From: Neoechinorhynchus agilis
Lineage: Eukaryota > Animalia > Acanthocephala
Reading direction: 5' to 3'
Assembly (NCBI GenBank): GCA_051530055.1
Contig: CM121341.1
Span: 16,656,784 to 16,720,783 of the forward strand
Length of the DNA: 64,000 nt
This document shows, in pieces, positions 49,001-62,630 of this stretch; the first letter of the stretch is position 1, and the number at the start of each line of letters is the position of its first letter. Under the pieces are notes generated by a model. The model saw only the letters and a list, made by a program, of their open reading frames with translations. It was not told the DNA's origin and did no database searches. A program made the position numbers and the translations under genes.

Positions 49001-51623
49001 ATTTGTTCACTGATGCTTGAACGATATGAAATTTCTAGGTTTGACCAACGGAGAATATTCTACATTTTTTGCTACAACTTATTGACTAAAAACAAAGCTG
49101 GTTTATAAAACAGTGTTTATGTTTCGAAATTCGTGTTGTCTGGCCCGCCAAGATTCGATTTGCACTCGAAGCTTCGTGGTCTACGAGATGACCAGCGAAC
49201 GATGTTCGCCCCATGACAATCACAAGATCATCTATAGATAGGCAAAAATGAGCATCCTATGCTTCAACGTTTGATGAACGCACTCGCAACACACTGAATC
49301 CTGACGCATGGGCAAAACACCACTCAGAGTGCCGGGACGTAGGAACTATCTATTGACGAGGCACTATTTATATCCCGAGCGGTTGGAAGGGAATTGTGTT
49401 TCCGCAGACAATGCGAGAGAGTTCTGGACATTAGCTCGACACTTTGCCGCTTCGTTGTCGCAGCTTTCACTCACTTCACATCTCCACGCGCATTTGTTGA
49501 TTCCTGAGAAAGCTGTAAGACGACGGAAGCTCAAATCGTTACAGCAGCCCGCCCAAGTGTCCATTAAAAACAAAACATGATTGCCCGAAAGTAATCTGCG
49601 CAATTCCTCTAAGACCTTAATAAAACTATTCTTCGGTAAAATAAATGTTAATGGAGGTCATGAAGTTTGCTACAAGAATTTATTCGAACGAATTGAATCA
49701 AATCCATCGTAGTCGACAGAGACACTGCAGTGACCAATTACGACTAACTATAACTTTTAGGAAATTCGTTCATTTTAGAAAATTACTCTGTCAATTTAGA
49801 CAACGCCTCATAAGAAACAGTGATGATTATTGACGCTCTAAAAGCATAAGGTACTGCTAATAAATCGTAAAATCTTCTCGCTCGGCATCTCTCGCCAGAT
49901 AGAATTTCTCATGCATCAGGACACTACACTCCTTGTTGTCTAATCAACCGAAACACTGTTTTCTGTTAAGAAATTACTTGCAGCAGGGCGGAAATAAATT
50001 TTCCTTATGTTCTCAGAAATCCTATTGATCTTGGAAATTAGATTACCAGGATTAATGCCATGGCGAAGCTCTAAAATTCTGGGTAGGAAGTTATATTTCT
50101 GCAGAATGAAACGTATTGGTTTCGATAACGAGCAAATGTGTTTAGAGTCAGCAGCAAATTTGTACTACCTTAGTCGAACTATTCGAAATTTATTTAAAAC
50201 AATTGTGGTATTTTCTTAAAATTAATCCTAAAATTCCATTTCTGGGCATTGTAATCTCAGGATTACTATTCTGTTCGAATAAAGAAATAGACCGAGTTCA
50301 AAAAAAGAATTAAGGAACAAAAAGTTATAATCGGCTCTGAGCGATAACACGAAATGCGCTTTGTTTTTCGAAATGTGTTGTAGTAAAATAAGTGCAATTT
50401 GAATGAGTAAATCTAGCTATTTTATCGTTTCTCATTTCGAATTATTTGCTTTCGAACAACCAACCGTGATAAGCCGTTTTGCTTATTAGCTCATCGATTC
50501 GTGCAAGACAAGCCATTATTGGACCTTTTAGCATCTATATCCTTCATTTTAAAAGCATTTCGCATAACTTTAGTAGTTTATTCTCATTTTTCACCGTAAT
50601 TTTGAATCACAGAAAGGAAATCGATCAAACAACAATGGTAGAACTCGAGCATTTTGATGTTAAACATACAAAGTTCAAGAGTTGCTGATGGAAATTTTGT
50701 TGCATCCGTTTCAAGTTGAGAAATTCGTCTTTTTAAAACGGTGGCCTGTCAAGGATTTAAAAAAAATTTAGGGAGACAAAATTATGTCGGAATTATAGTG
50801 GTTTTGATTCAAAAAAAATGCGTTTTGAAGACATGCTTTGACGGCAAGTACATGAAATGGTGAATTTTTGATACAAAGGCTCTTATTTTTTGTTTGAGCA
50901 TCGCTGGTGGTCAAATGCAAACTTGGGGGATTTCTCGATCAATTTAAACCCAACGGAGAGGTGACGAAATTGACATTTTAGTCAAGAATCACATCCCAAA
51001 ATCCGAAAAACTATTTAAGGTAAAAATTCTTTTAAAGTATAAGTTAATGCGACTGAAAAGTGAAAGTTTGATGTAAATTATCTCAATCAAAACGCATAAT
51101 TCCTTTGGGATACAGAGTTTTTATAAGTTAAACATAGAAAGGTGTGATCGTATATTTAATTTCAGGTATTATTTACGAATTAATATGTTGCCCATAAAAT
51201 CCGATTCATTTGTTGGATTTTACAAATCCAATAAAAAAGGTTTAATCTCCAATAGAATACAAGTTCGTTCATCAATCGACAATTCGAACGGACGCTGTGA
51301 TCACCTCTGGATTTTGATCCCTTGTGAAGAACGCAATTATCTCCACGAGATTTTGGGTGTAGAATGAATCATTTGTAACCTTTTGGTTGATCCACCGGAA
51401 GAATCATTTGCTCCACATTTGGCGGATGACAAAAAATTAAAGCTATTCCTGTTTGTTGTACTCCTTGAAGAAAGGCATCCCAACTCATGACTGGTGCTAG
51501 CGCTTTTGCGGTATGTGTCATTGTGTCATGGGTGGTGAAGTATTTGAGTTTTGGAGTTGCGTTTTCCCTTTCGTACGCCATTTAATGCTTCTCATTTATT
51601 GATCGATTCTTTTCTTTTTCAGA

Positions 51624-53313
51624 ATGAACGAAGGACGAAATTCTGTTGAGAGTATTTATGGGCATCCAGTCCAAATTGTAGACGTGTCCCCTGAGCACAA
51701 ATTCCAACTTAATGAACAAGCCCTCCGTTCAGTCCTTTTTCAACCAAAATGCCGGTCTCGTCGAGTGGCTGTGCTCAGTGTAGCCGGCGCTTTTCGTCGC
51801 GGCAAAAGTTTTTTGCTTGATTTTTTTCTAAGATATCTTCGGCGAAAAAGCGATGACTGGCTAGGAGATCCCGATGAACCTTTAACTGGATTTCATTGGC
51901 GTGGTGGTTGCGAACGAGACACAACCGGTATTCTAATGTGGAGTGAGCCATTCATCTTGGACACTGTCATCGATGGACGCATTGAACAAATAGCCGTGCT
52001 CCTCATGGATACTCAAGGTGCTTTTGACAGTCAAAGTACAGTTCGAGACTGCGCCACGGTGTTCGCTTTAAGTCTCATGATTTCATCCATTCACATTTAC
52101 AACATCACACAAAATCTGCAAGAAGATAATCTACAACATCTTGATCTTTTCGCAGAATATGGAACTCTCGCTTTGGACCAATCAAGCGCGAAACCGTTTC
52201 AAAAACTTACATTTCTTATCCGTGATTGGTCTTATCCCTATGAAGCTTCATATGGATACGAGGGAGGCGAAGTTCTGTTGAAAAAAAGACTTGAGTTAAA
52301 ACAGGATCAAGACGATGAATTGAAGGTTCTTCGATCACGGCTGAAGGAATGTTTTAATACAATTGATTGCTTTCTAATGCCACATCCGGGTCTTGTTGTC
52401 GCTACAAATCCGAACTTTGACGGCCGTCTAAAGGATATTGTCAACGACTTTGTAAATCAGATGAAGGAATTTATCGAGAGTGTCTTTAGTGCAGATAGAC
52501 TTCAAATCAAGAAAATCAACGGCGAAGAAATCACTTGTTCTCAGCTGTTTGAATATTTTAAGGTAACAGCTGAAGCGTTTCCCTTCTAATATTTCTTCTT
52601 TTTCTTAAAAGGCATACTGCACTGTTCTTCAATCGGACGAACTCCCTCATCCAAAAGCAATGCTTCAGGTATTTTGTACAAAGTTCGCTTTCTTTTCAGC
52701 AGCATCTCGGTTATAGGCAACAGCCGAAGCGAACAACCTTGCAGCCAAAGCTGCTGCCAAAGACCTCTACAGTCGTATCATGGAATCGGAATGTGGTGGA
52801 GATCGTCCTTATATGCACCAACAGCACCTTGCTGAGTGTCACGAGAAGGCTCGCAAACAATCGATTGATAAATTTAACTCCGCGAAAAAAATGGGCGGAG
52901 AGGCTTTCTCGAGTAAATACTTAGAAGCACTCGAGGCTGAGATAGAAGAAACTCATCAGACGTTTGTGAAACACAATGAAAGCAAGAACATCTTCGCACT
53001 TTCGAGAACACCAACCACGTTTATTGTGATCCTTATAGCCTCCTATGTGCTCTCGAATATCCTCAATGCACTCTGGCTATCGTCGCTGTGTTTACTTTGT
53101 ACATCAGTCTTCTGGATCGCGTTTGTCGCTCTCATTGTCTGGTTCTATTCGCGATACACAGGGGACTTTAAACAATTGGGAGATTATGTTGACCAATTAG
53201 CCGACCTCATTTGGTCGTACGCTTATCAACCAGTCTACAGTCAACTCATGGAATCTTCAGTTAGAGCGATCGTCAACTCCACTTTACCTGCTATTGGCGG
53301 TAGTGGCAGCTAA
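51624..53313 (+). CDS. ATL: Atlastin GTPase, 3 exons (51624-52562, 52612-52668, 52717-53313)
   Basis: SVAGAFRRGKSFLLDFFLRY, WRGGCERDTTGI, DTQGAFD, FLIRDW, LPHPKAMLQATAEANN and two TMs. GT-AG introns. Confidence 0.96.
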
Positions 53314-54014
53314 GCCGTTTTGATTGTGTGAGTGTCAATACGCGTGCGCAAAAGGATTCCGAGCCTTTTTGCGTCGAACATCACGAATCTAAAGTAGAAA
53401 AAGCGGGCGAATTCGAATTTATGCAAAAATAAAATCTAGAGTTTAGTGGCTAAAAGGGCGCAAAATTGAGTTTAAATCTGAATTGTTTATCGAAGTTAAC
53501 TTTTTGTTCGAATTAATAATCATAAAAAAAGAACTGCTCTTGTTTTCAGAAATTACAAACTGTTCGCACTTCAAAGACATTTGCAAAAAGAAGTACTGTA
53601 GCGTAAAAATTAGCTTCAAGATCTATCTATATTTGTACTGCTTAAAAGATGATGGTTGTTATCTTATATATTGGCCAAATAAAATGTTCACTGCTCATTT
53701 TATATATCAAACATTAACGGATTTTGCCAGTTTGAGTGGCGAGATGTAGCGTAAAAAAATCATACTTTTAAATCTTGCTTCAAATTTCAATGTAGGCAAT
53801 ACGAGACGTTAATTCGCAATAATCCGAGATTTAAGGAAATATACTGGCTCTATTGAACTGGCTCAATAAAATGCTTGATGATTAAGTCAAAAAAGATTGA
53901 AATGTTTCTTTCGATCGTGCTCATTTTAGGGATTTTGGCATAGAGAACGATTTTATTAAATCTACATGGGAAAAAGGAATGCCATTGGTAGTCAGTATAA
54001 CGAATGTTGAAAGG

Positions 54015-54302
54015 ATAATTCATTGTTATTTGTTGATAGGAGAGATAAATGAAATTAAGATTTTATTGGATATTTCGATCCACTATCTCGGATCTTCTTC
54101 AGTGATTGTTAAAGTAGTGAGAGATAATAAAGTTATGTAGCTTTTTCGCAAAACGAACTTTCATTGCGAAAAGGCTACATAACTTTATTATCTCTCACTA
54201 CTTTAACAATCGCTGAAGAAGATCCGAGATAGTGGATCGAAATATCCAATAGAATCTTAATTTCATTTATCTCTCCTATCAACAAAGTATAACGAATATT
54301 AT
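54015..54302. mobile_element. Near-perfect palindrome of about 285 bp (foldback MITE)
   Basis: Arms of about 135 bp, almost identical in reverse complement, around the loop AACGAACTTTCA. Confidence 0.9.
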
Positions 54303-54792
54303 TTGCTAAAAACACGATCCTCAATCTTAATACGTTGTATCCTAGGCAACGTCGCTATGGGTTTCTCATTAAAAAATGGGTTTAAGAGATGCGTAAACGG
54401 GTCGAGAGGTGAGTTATACACGGCAAATTTTTTTCCGCTTCACACTATTTCCTCGTCCTTTTCCCTCGAGTTCATATTGCTCGACGTGGTTCCCCGTGGA
54501 AGACTTTTGCTGAACAATTGCACTGAATTTCTTCCACATAAAAATGTGGCTCCTATGAGTGTGCGGGTGACGCTAAGAGTACTAAGTCAAGCACTGGGAG
54601 CAATGATTCTTTTGAGAATATTGGATCGAGTATGGATCAATCAGTGGAGTACCCGGAATTCAATCGGAAATCCGTATGTGGTAGGGTTACTGCTTTTCCC
54701 TCTTGAGTGATGTTCCATTCGTTATCCAAACACCGATAATCACGAATTCCATCCCTGTTTTCAGCATAAAGGACACTTTCAAAGGAAACCGA

Positions 54793-56648
54793 ATGAAGAA
54801 GCTCATTTCGACGCAAATTATTTTCCGGCATGGAAGTAGGACGCCGCTTTTCACGCTCAGTGATATTGTCCAGGAGCACAATATGGAGGCAAGAGCGTCT
54901 ATTTGAAGAAAAATAACGATAGATTCTTGATATTTAGCGTGCTACAGGAGCAGATCCTTTAGGATATGCGGGAATTTATTATGACACAAACGAACTCCTT
55001 AAACCGCATCCAATCGTTAAAAAGACGAATGTACGATTACATAAACTTAAAGGAGAAGAGTTCACCAAATCAATAACTGACTGGTATAGCCTTCAAGGAA
55101 GAGATTTGAACGCTAGACTGACGGGTGGTGCCGAAATGGGCGTACTGACCACCATTGGGCATCAGCAGTTGTACGATCTAGGAAAGCGAATCGGTGCCGA
55201 GCTTCTTAAACAAGAGGAGTATATCAAGAGTCTTAAGCAGAAGCGAAGCTACAGGTGAGTTATTTGTACGCAACAGACTTCGGCTTCCAATATTCATTTT
55301 AATTCGATTGAGTTTCTTGTATATTTTTATTTGGTGTTTCCATGATTGAAATGTTGACGGCTTGCCTCATTTTATAAGCTCAATTTCAATCTATCAAAGA
55401 ATATGTTGATTTTTCTTTTTGGCCTATCTTCAATATAGGCAATCCCATACGCTCAGTCGTGTGAAACCACTAAGCAAAATCTTGACGTTGATCAGAACGA
55501 AACGTAATTTCGATAAATTAAAAGAAACCCGGCACCCATAGGACGTTATTTAGTTTCCTTCATTAAATTATTTTTGAACAATATACCAAGCTTGCAAAAA
55601 AGGTTCTCTACATCTTTATTTTTTGTAACATTGGGTCCTCGAAATTAATTGATCTCATTGTTAAATATATTTCGTAAGATTTGGCGTCCTTCCACGACAT
55701 AAACGTGTCATGCAAAATGCTAAGTAGAAAAATAGATCCAAAGAATGAACTTAAGTATCCACGGTTTTTGTCAAATCGCTCATGGACTAACCGTCGTTTG
55801 CGCGTAGAGTTCGATCCACGTACTATGAGCGTACAATCTCCTCGGCCAAAAGCTTCATGACTGGATTTCTGGTCGCTTTGGGCGAAGAAATCAGCAGCAC
55901 GACAATTGACATTGAAGTGGATAACGTATTTGACGATATACTGTTCCCTAATGGCCATTTTACGCAATGTTTGAACAGAAGCGTGAACGAGTACTATAAA
56001 AGTTTGGAAAATAATCATACGTTTTCCGTTTGTAAAAACAAATGGCTCCAGCTCCTCGGCATTCCGGAATACGAGAACGGTCTTCTCGAGTTGACCGACG
56101 AGCCTTCAACACGCATTCCCCTGGAACTCCCAATGTCCAAAGAGCTAAGGGATCTGTACATTGAAACAAATGAGTTTTTAACCGAAGAGCTAGTTTCGAT
56201 CTATCGAGGTAACCTATCAATGGACGATTTCATCAAACTTGCAGTCGGCCGACTGTTGCTGCTTTTGAAAACCAATCTTTTGAACACAATCGACCAGGGA
56301 CAACAATTTGATCATCATCATCCTTCATTTTACGTATATGCAGCTCACGACACTACTTTATGTGTACTTTCATCGGCTCTTGATCTTTACGTTCGGCGTT
56401 GGCCATGGTTCGGATCCTATTTAATGCTTCAACTGTTTGCCGATAAAAGTAAATTTTACGTCCGGGTGACTTACAACGACGATATCCGGAGATCAGAAGA
56501 TCAAAAAGTAGTCGTGGAAATGCTATTGACTGAATTTATTGCTCAGCTGGATAAGTATGCAATAAATGACCACTTGACTAAGGAACTAGATGAACGCTTG
56601 TTAAAGGAGATTTATGGAAATGGGAAGCAGGTCTCTGGTAGTACGTGA
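54793..56648 (+). CDS. Histidine acid phosphatase, ACP6-like, 3 exons; start may lie upstream
   Basis: RHGSRTP, GVLTTIGHQQLYDLG, VRSTYYERTISSA, AHDTT and WPWFGS. GC-AG intron 54889-54937 and GT-AG intron 55255-55807. Confidence 0.88.
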
Positions 56649-56804
56649 TTCACACAACAATCCTCGGGGTAAAATAAATGATTTTTTTGCGAAGATCTTT
56701 TGGGGTGCATTTTTTCGGCAAGGATTCAAAAACAATAGTTGAACCAACACCCACATTACAGCGCACATGTTTGTAAGATCTTTAAAGCTAAAAGGAAGAG
56801 CAAT

Positions 56805-57730
56805 TTAAAAATGTCGTGCCTCAAGCTCCATCGAAAATATCGTGACATATTCCAGTCAAATAAAGCGGATTACAGATTAAAACTCAGGATAAAGCCAGGC
56901 CTGAAGAATTCCGACGAGACGGACGAACTATTGAGAATTAATAAATCAATGTCTACTTTTCTCATCAGCAGAAAATACATATAAATTGAGTACAGTTGAA
57001 TGGCAAATAAATTTTTAGATTTTAAAAGATGTGTTGAAGTGAACATTTCTTACACGGCTGATTATTTTGCTTGGGCACACACTCATCGATCTTGGTCAGG
57101 AAAAAGCGTATGAAATCACTTAATTCCCCTGAACTATGAGGTTATGAGTTTGTACGCATCCCTCCGAATTTTTAAATACTTCCCGCGAAGGCGAGATTCA
57201 TCAGTGAGTTTCCTCTTTCCTTCAACGAGGTATTTCGTCCCCTTTGGTTATGAGCCATCGGTGTCAATGAATTTTGAACCCTTTTGATGCTGAAACAGGG
57301 ATTCGGAGCTCAAGTGCATTGAACCATCTCGACACAACTACGGAATGTACAAACTACGCCAGTTATAGCTTGGAACAAGTATTTATTATATTTTATGTCT
57401 GGCTAGCCAGGTTACATTTTTTCAAGTGTTCAAGTTAGCATTCTTAACAAGGAAACTCACTGATGAGTCTCGCATCCTCGGGGGTTTCTGATGATCCGGA
57501 GGGATGTGTACAAACTCATAACTTCATAGTTCAGGGGAATTAAGTGATTTTATGCGCTTTTTCCTGACCAAGATCGATGAGCTGTGTACCCAAAGAAAAT
57601 AATCAGCCGTGTAAGGGATGATCACTTCAACACATCTCTTAAAATCTAAAAATTTATTTGCCATTCAACTGTGTTCGATTTACAGTAGACATAGGTGAAG
57701 TTTGAGGCACGGCATTTTTAAGCCGTTTAA
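56805..57730. repeat. Imperfect inverted duplication of about 0.9 kb built from two SINE copies plus flanks
   Basis: 56990-57225 is the reverse complement of 57450-57675; outer arms AAAATGTCGTGCCTCAA / TTTGAGGCACGGCATTTT. Confidence 0.85.
57259..57341 (-). mobile_element. tRNA-Ser-derived SINE head (degenerate, not a functional tRNA)
   Basis: GTAGTTGTGTCGAGATGGTTCAATGC...AATCC...GGGTTCAAAATTC...GACACCG aligns to eukaryotic tRNA-Ser GTAGTCGTGGCCGAGTGGTTAAGGCG...GGTTCGAATCC...GACTACG. Confidence 0.7.
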
Positions 57731-58333
57731 TGGATGTTCACTTCAACACCTAGAAACAAAATGTAACCGGTTAGACAGACATAAGATAATTTAAGAGATA
57801 CGTCGAATGGCATCTTTTAAGGAACTTTATGAAAAATGTTCTTTTTTTGTATGTTTTGGAATTTTCGTAACGGCACAACATCCATCTAGGCGGCACCGCT
57901 GAATACAGTTTTTCCAACAAAACGAATGTTGGACAGCTAAAAATCATGGATTTCTTGGGATTCTTAATTAAAGGACTTGTTCAAAAAGAGAACTGCATTA
58001 AATTTTTGATGCACATAACAAATCGTTTCCATAAACTTCAACACAATTTAAAAATTATCAATTCATTATCATCAATAATTCCATTCAATGATGAAGGCAT
58101 GAAAGCACCTTGACTCAACCTTTTCATCTTCATGTTTAACATGATAAATCTTCTTGTTTTTGACTCAGCCTAATTTCAACGTTACTTTGGAGTGGAAGAC
58201 TCATGAAATACCCTCACTAGGAGAATGAACCTATTGAACACTTTCCCGCTTTATTACGCAAAGAACAAAACACTGCTGCATTGTTCTTTCTCATTCAAGT
58301 GCGGCAGATTCCGTTTTTCGGGTTTATTATTGA

Positions 58334-58771
<438 letters not shown>

Positions 58772-59099
58772 ATCCGGTTATTAGAAATAAATTGCTATTT
58801 AATTTTTTAAACGATTTTTCGACCGAAACCGAAAACTAGCGCCTATTTGTACTTCATCGAATTAAAGCTAATTTTAATTTGCAGCTAATCGACTTCTAAA
58901 AGAATACTAAGAAGATTTCAATTTCCTGGTAATCTTATAATTGAACGTTGCTTACCGTCATCAATGGAAGTATTCTGGTTCGCTGTATTTTCGTCTCTCA
59001 AACTTTAGCGAACTGAATTGATATTTGCGAGCAATTAAAACTGAGACGAAAGCCGACCAATGGTTCGTCTGTAGATTTATTTCAAAATTAACCGTTTTA

Positions 59100-60075
59100 A
59101 ATGCATTTTTTGATTAAAGACGTTTCGAACCTCGTTCGATTCATCCTTTGTTCTAAAAAACGAGAGGTGAAACATACTCTTAAGGTTGATTGCAGCTACA
59201 TTTTGGGCTCACCTATTGCTACCGTGCTGACTAATCTCTCCGTAGATCACTTGGAAAAAGCGCAACGGAATCTTATGTGATTAAACCGGTTTTCTACAAA
59301 AGGTACGTAGATGATATATTTGTGGTTTGGCCCGGTAATGAATGGAGTACTGATGAGTTCATGGAATATCTTAACCGGCAACATCATCGAATCAAACTCA
59401 CCATAAGTCCGATGAAAATGGAAGGTTGCAGTTTCTAGATGTAGTAGCCGCAACAAGAGCACAAAAGTTGGTATATACAAAGGTTTCCTCTATCGTATTT
59501 ACAATATCTGCAGTGATAAGTACCTTAGTAATGAAATCCAACAGCTGAAACGGATCTCCATGGGAGAAACGCTAATTCAAAGGATATAGTCATGGGCCCG
59601 AATCGAATTTATTTACGTATTGGCTTGCCGAACATAGGTCCACAGACCAATTGTTGGCGAAAGTTAAGGGCAACTTTCTGCCCATAAAATGTCATCGCTA
59701 TTTCCGAACTCATGTGCTGATAGGAAACCCCATTTTCGGGAAATACTAAGAGGGAGAAAACAGGGCTGTTGTCCACAAGGTTTCTTACATCGGGCAAAAG
59801 AGGCCTGAATCTGAAGACGAGACTGGACCAAACACGAAGTGTAAACAATTATGAACAATTTATGATTTTAACATGTGAACATAATCACTTTGGGCGCTTA
59901 AATAAGAAACCGGACATGATGAATCGACGAAGTTACATGCTTTCCCCTAACATCTAACCCGCCAATGTAAAAAAGAACCACTTCCCCTTTCATTTTTTTA
60001 GAACTGATGATGAACCCGATGTAGATCGAAACGTCTTTAGTACAAAATTCTTTACAGGGTGAAGACTAATAAGAC
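59100..60075 (+). mobile_element. Decayed Penelope-like element (RT and GIY-YIG remnants) with inverted terminal hammerhead-bearing repeats
   Basis: KPVFYKRYVDDIF (YVDD 59304-59315), LN..H..IKLT..DENGRLQFLDV, RIYNICS and VVHKV-SYIGQ...LKTRL, with multiple frameshifts. GAAACGTC motif at 59119-59126 (-) and 60028-60035 (+). Confidence 0.85.
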
Positions 60076-60221
60076 TTCAAGTTTTAAGTATTTTTTGAAA
60101 TGGCATGTATTAAAAATACACGAATCTTGTACAAAAAGTATTACTTCATGGGCCTTTATTCTGATGAATAAAATATAAGTTTACGATCGGTTAAATTTTG
60201 ATAAGAAGCTAATTTCTAGAC

Positions 60222-61083
60222 ATGATTACCCATCAAAAGACATTCACTGGAAAGGAAGATGTTCGAACATACGTCTATTCCCTCATGGGACAAAAGAAAA
60301 TAGCGCAATTTCCATTTCCAATAGTCGGTCGCATTCCAAATTTCGAGCATGCCCATCGCTGTGCAGAACTTTTAAGAACTATTGAGGAATTTGAAAATGC
60401 GAAGGTTATCAAAATCGATCCAGATTCTTCATTGTATCATTGTAGGAGAATATCTCTTGAGGTAAGTGCGGCTATCGTCGAACTAGAGTTATTTCACGAA
60501 TAAACTGAGTATTTAGGCGGGAAAGACCGTATTGGTACCGAGCGCAGGATTGAGAAACAATTTCAAACTTTTGACCCCGCCTACAAACAAATGCGACATT
60601 ACTCGCATGGTCACTTTAAAGGTATCTCGTTTCAATGGTTGGTTTTTCCGATGAATACTTTAAAAGGGAATTGGCAAATATGGACATGATATTGAATTAA
60701 AAGATGCTAACCTAAAAGTAGATTGTGTTATAACTGGTTGCGTTGCAGTTGATCCTAGAAATGGAAACAGAATCGGGAAAGGCCTTGGATACGGCGATCT
60801 TGAACATGCAATTCTCAGTGAATGTGGCATTTTATCAACTGCGATTCCAATAATTGCTGTGTGCCATTCTTGCCAACTTGTTAATTTTCCATCTCAATTA
60901 ATAAGATCTCATGATGTCGCCGTGGACATAATCGTAACCGAAAAAAATGTTATCAAGACTTATTTTGAAGTCCGAAATAGAACCCGAATTCAATGGAGAT
61001 TATTGACTAGTACGCAAATCAATCAAATAACTTTGCTAAAGGACTTAAAACGCGATCAATCAACAGAAGTACCAATATCCTGA
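60222..61083 (+). CDS. MTHFSD: Methenyltetrahydrofolate synthase domain-containing protein, 3 exons
   Basis: FPFPIVGRIPNFEHA, IKIDPD, GKTVLVP, VDCVITGCVAVD...RIGKGLGYGDLE and HDVAVDIIVT. Confidence 0.9.
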
Positions 61084-61299
61084 GCAAAAAATAATATTGA
61101 AGAACTACTGCATTGAAGCATTAGAAAAAACGGATTCGATTAATATTTGAACACATGTTTGAATTTTTGTTTCTAATTTCATAAATTTTATTATTGTGGA
61201 CAATCGGGTCAAAAGATTTGCTTGCCCATAATTCAGCCGTGTATGATTAAAAATCCTCATCTTGCACTTCCCGACAAAAAATTAGCATAAAAGTTTTTG

Positions 61300-61385
61300 C
61301 AGGGATTATTGTTTAGGTCTACAACCGGTAAATGATTATGCATTAAAGACGTTTCGAACCTCGTCGGGTTCATCATAAGTTTGTA
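61300..61385 (-). ncRNA. Penelope-type hammerhead-like motif, solo copy
   Basis: Minus strand CTTATGA-T-GAACC CGACGA GGTTC-GAAACGTC-TTT: perfect 5-bp stem II, with G5 mutated to U. Confidence 0.5.
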
Positions 61386-61504
61386 GGCGAGTTTTAAAAC
61401 ATTTTTCGATTATTTTTGAAAGAGTGGGTAGAATGGATATTGGACGGAATGATTCGGTAAAAATCGGATGTCCTTTTTTGGAAGAAGGATCACTTTAACA
61501 GTTT

Positions 61505-62050
61505 TCAAGCATGAGGGGAGATGCCATATGAAAAGCCATGATTCATAATGTGGGCAAGAGGGTTTATGAGTTCGGGATGATGTACTGAAGAGCCCAGTTT
61601 GGGATTTCGGATTAAAAGGACGAATTTCGAAGTAATTTCTTGAGGTGCTGAAGTACTTCGTATGACGAAACTAAGGGGAGTATCGGGAAGTTCACAAAAG
61701 CAGTTCAGAAGAGGATAAGTTTGGGAAGGGATCAGGATTGCGTAGCCTAAGAAGGTTTTTGACGACCCGCCACCGTGGCGAATTGCTACCGGAACGAATT
61801 TTCGAGGAAAGGAAGTTTTTGCGGGCAACAAGTATTTCGTGAGATAGTACTTTTTGTAAACGGGTAAAGTCACGAAATTCATTGCGATGGGCCGTAGATG
61901 CTTGCTTTTGAAGGAGTTTCAGCATGGGGGTTATTGATGATGGGTCACGGTTTGAGATCCTTATGAATTTCTTGGGTATTGTCGAAGTGAGGGAATTTTT
62001 ATGACTAAAGTAAGCGAGGACATGGCTAAGGAAGGGGCATTTACACGAGT
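61505..62050 (-). mobile_element. CR1/L2-like LINE remnant (EN-RT linker region)
   Basis: Frameshifted segments ITPMLKLLQK, SKIRSGSNSPRWRVVKNLL and SFVIRSTSAPQEI...RNPK. Confidence 0.45.
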
Positions 62051-62630
62051 AGATCTGTGCATCCGAAATTTCCAGTGGATTAGATCCAGGAGTAAATTTT
62101 TTACAAAAAACCCAACGCTATTGGCCGTTTATGACAATGGTTACCAATCACGACGGCGTATCCTTGTTTTATAAAAATTTTACTTTTGCAAAAGCTCATC
62201 TAGAGCGTGGCAAAATGATACGAGTGTTGGATTCCTTGCAATCATTGAATTTTAGCTGGGACTCGGAAATAGTCGGTCGTTCCGCTGTTTTTTCTTTAGA
62301 AAAAAGATGAGTAGAAGAATTGCGCTATATAATAAATAAGCAACACATTTTTAAAAGGGCAGAGCGTTTCCATCATAAATTTCGAAGTTAACAAATTTGG
62401 GTAAAATTATTGAGACATTCGAGCGGCAAACCATTCAAAAATTTGAATGTTCATAATGTTAGCTATTTTCTTAGGGTAAAATTGAAAGTTTTGTTCACAG
62501 CTGAAATCCACAAAAAAACTTCGGAACAACGTAAATGCTTGATCTTAAAAGTTCATTAACTATCAAAGGTATATACACTCGCAATTACATTTAAGAATAA
62601 TCTGAATAACCGTTTAAACTTTGATTTTGC

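Noticed and set aside
51150-51581. Possible SRP9-like or other small gene upstream of atlastin (SWDAFL, KVTND)
   Set aside because: The similarity is too weak and is spread over frames with no workable splice path.
54298-54545. Minus-strand peptide of about 80 aa if an A7 run were A6 (MWKKFS...KKFAVYNSPLDPF...)
   Set aside because: It requires assuming a sequencing error, and no family was recognised.
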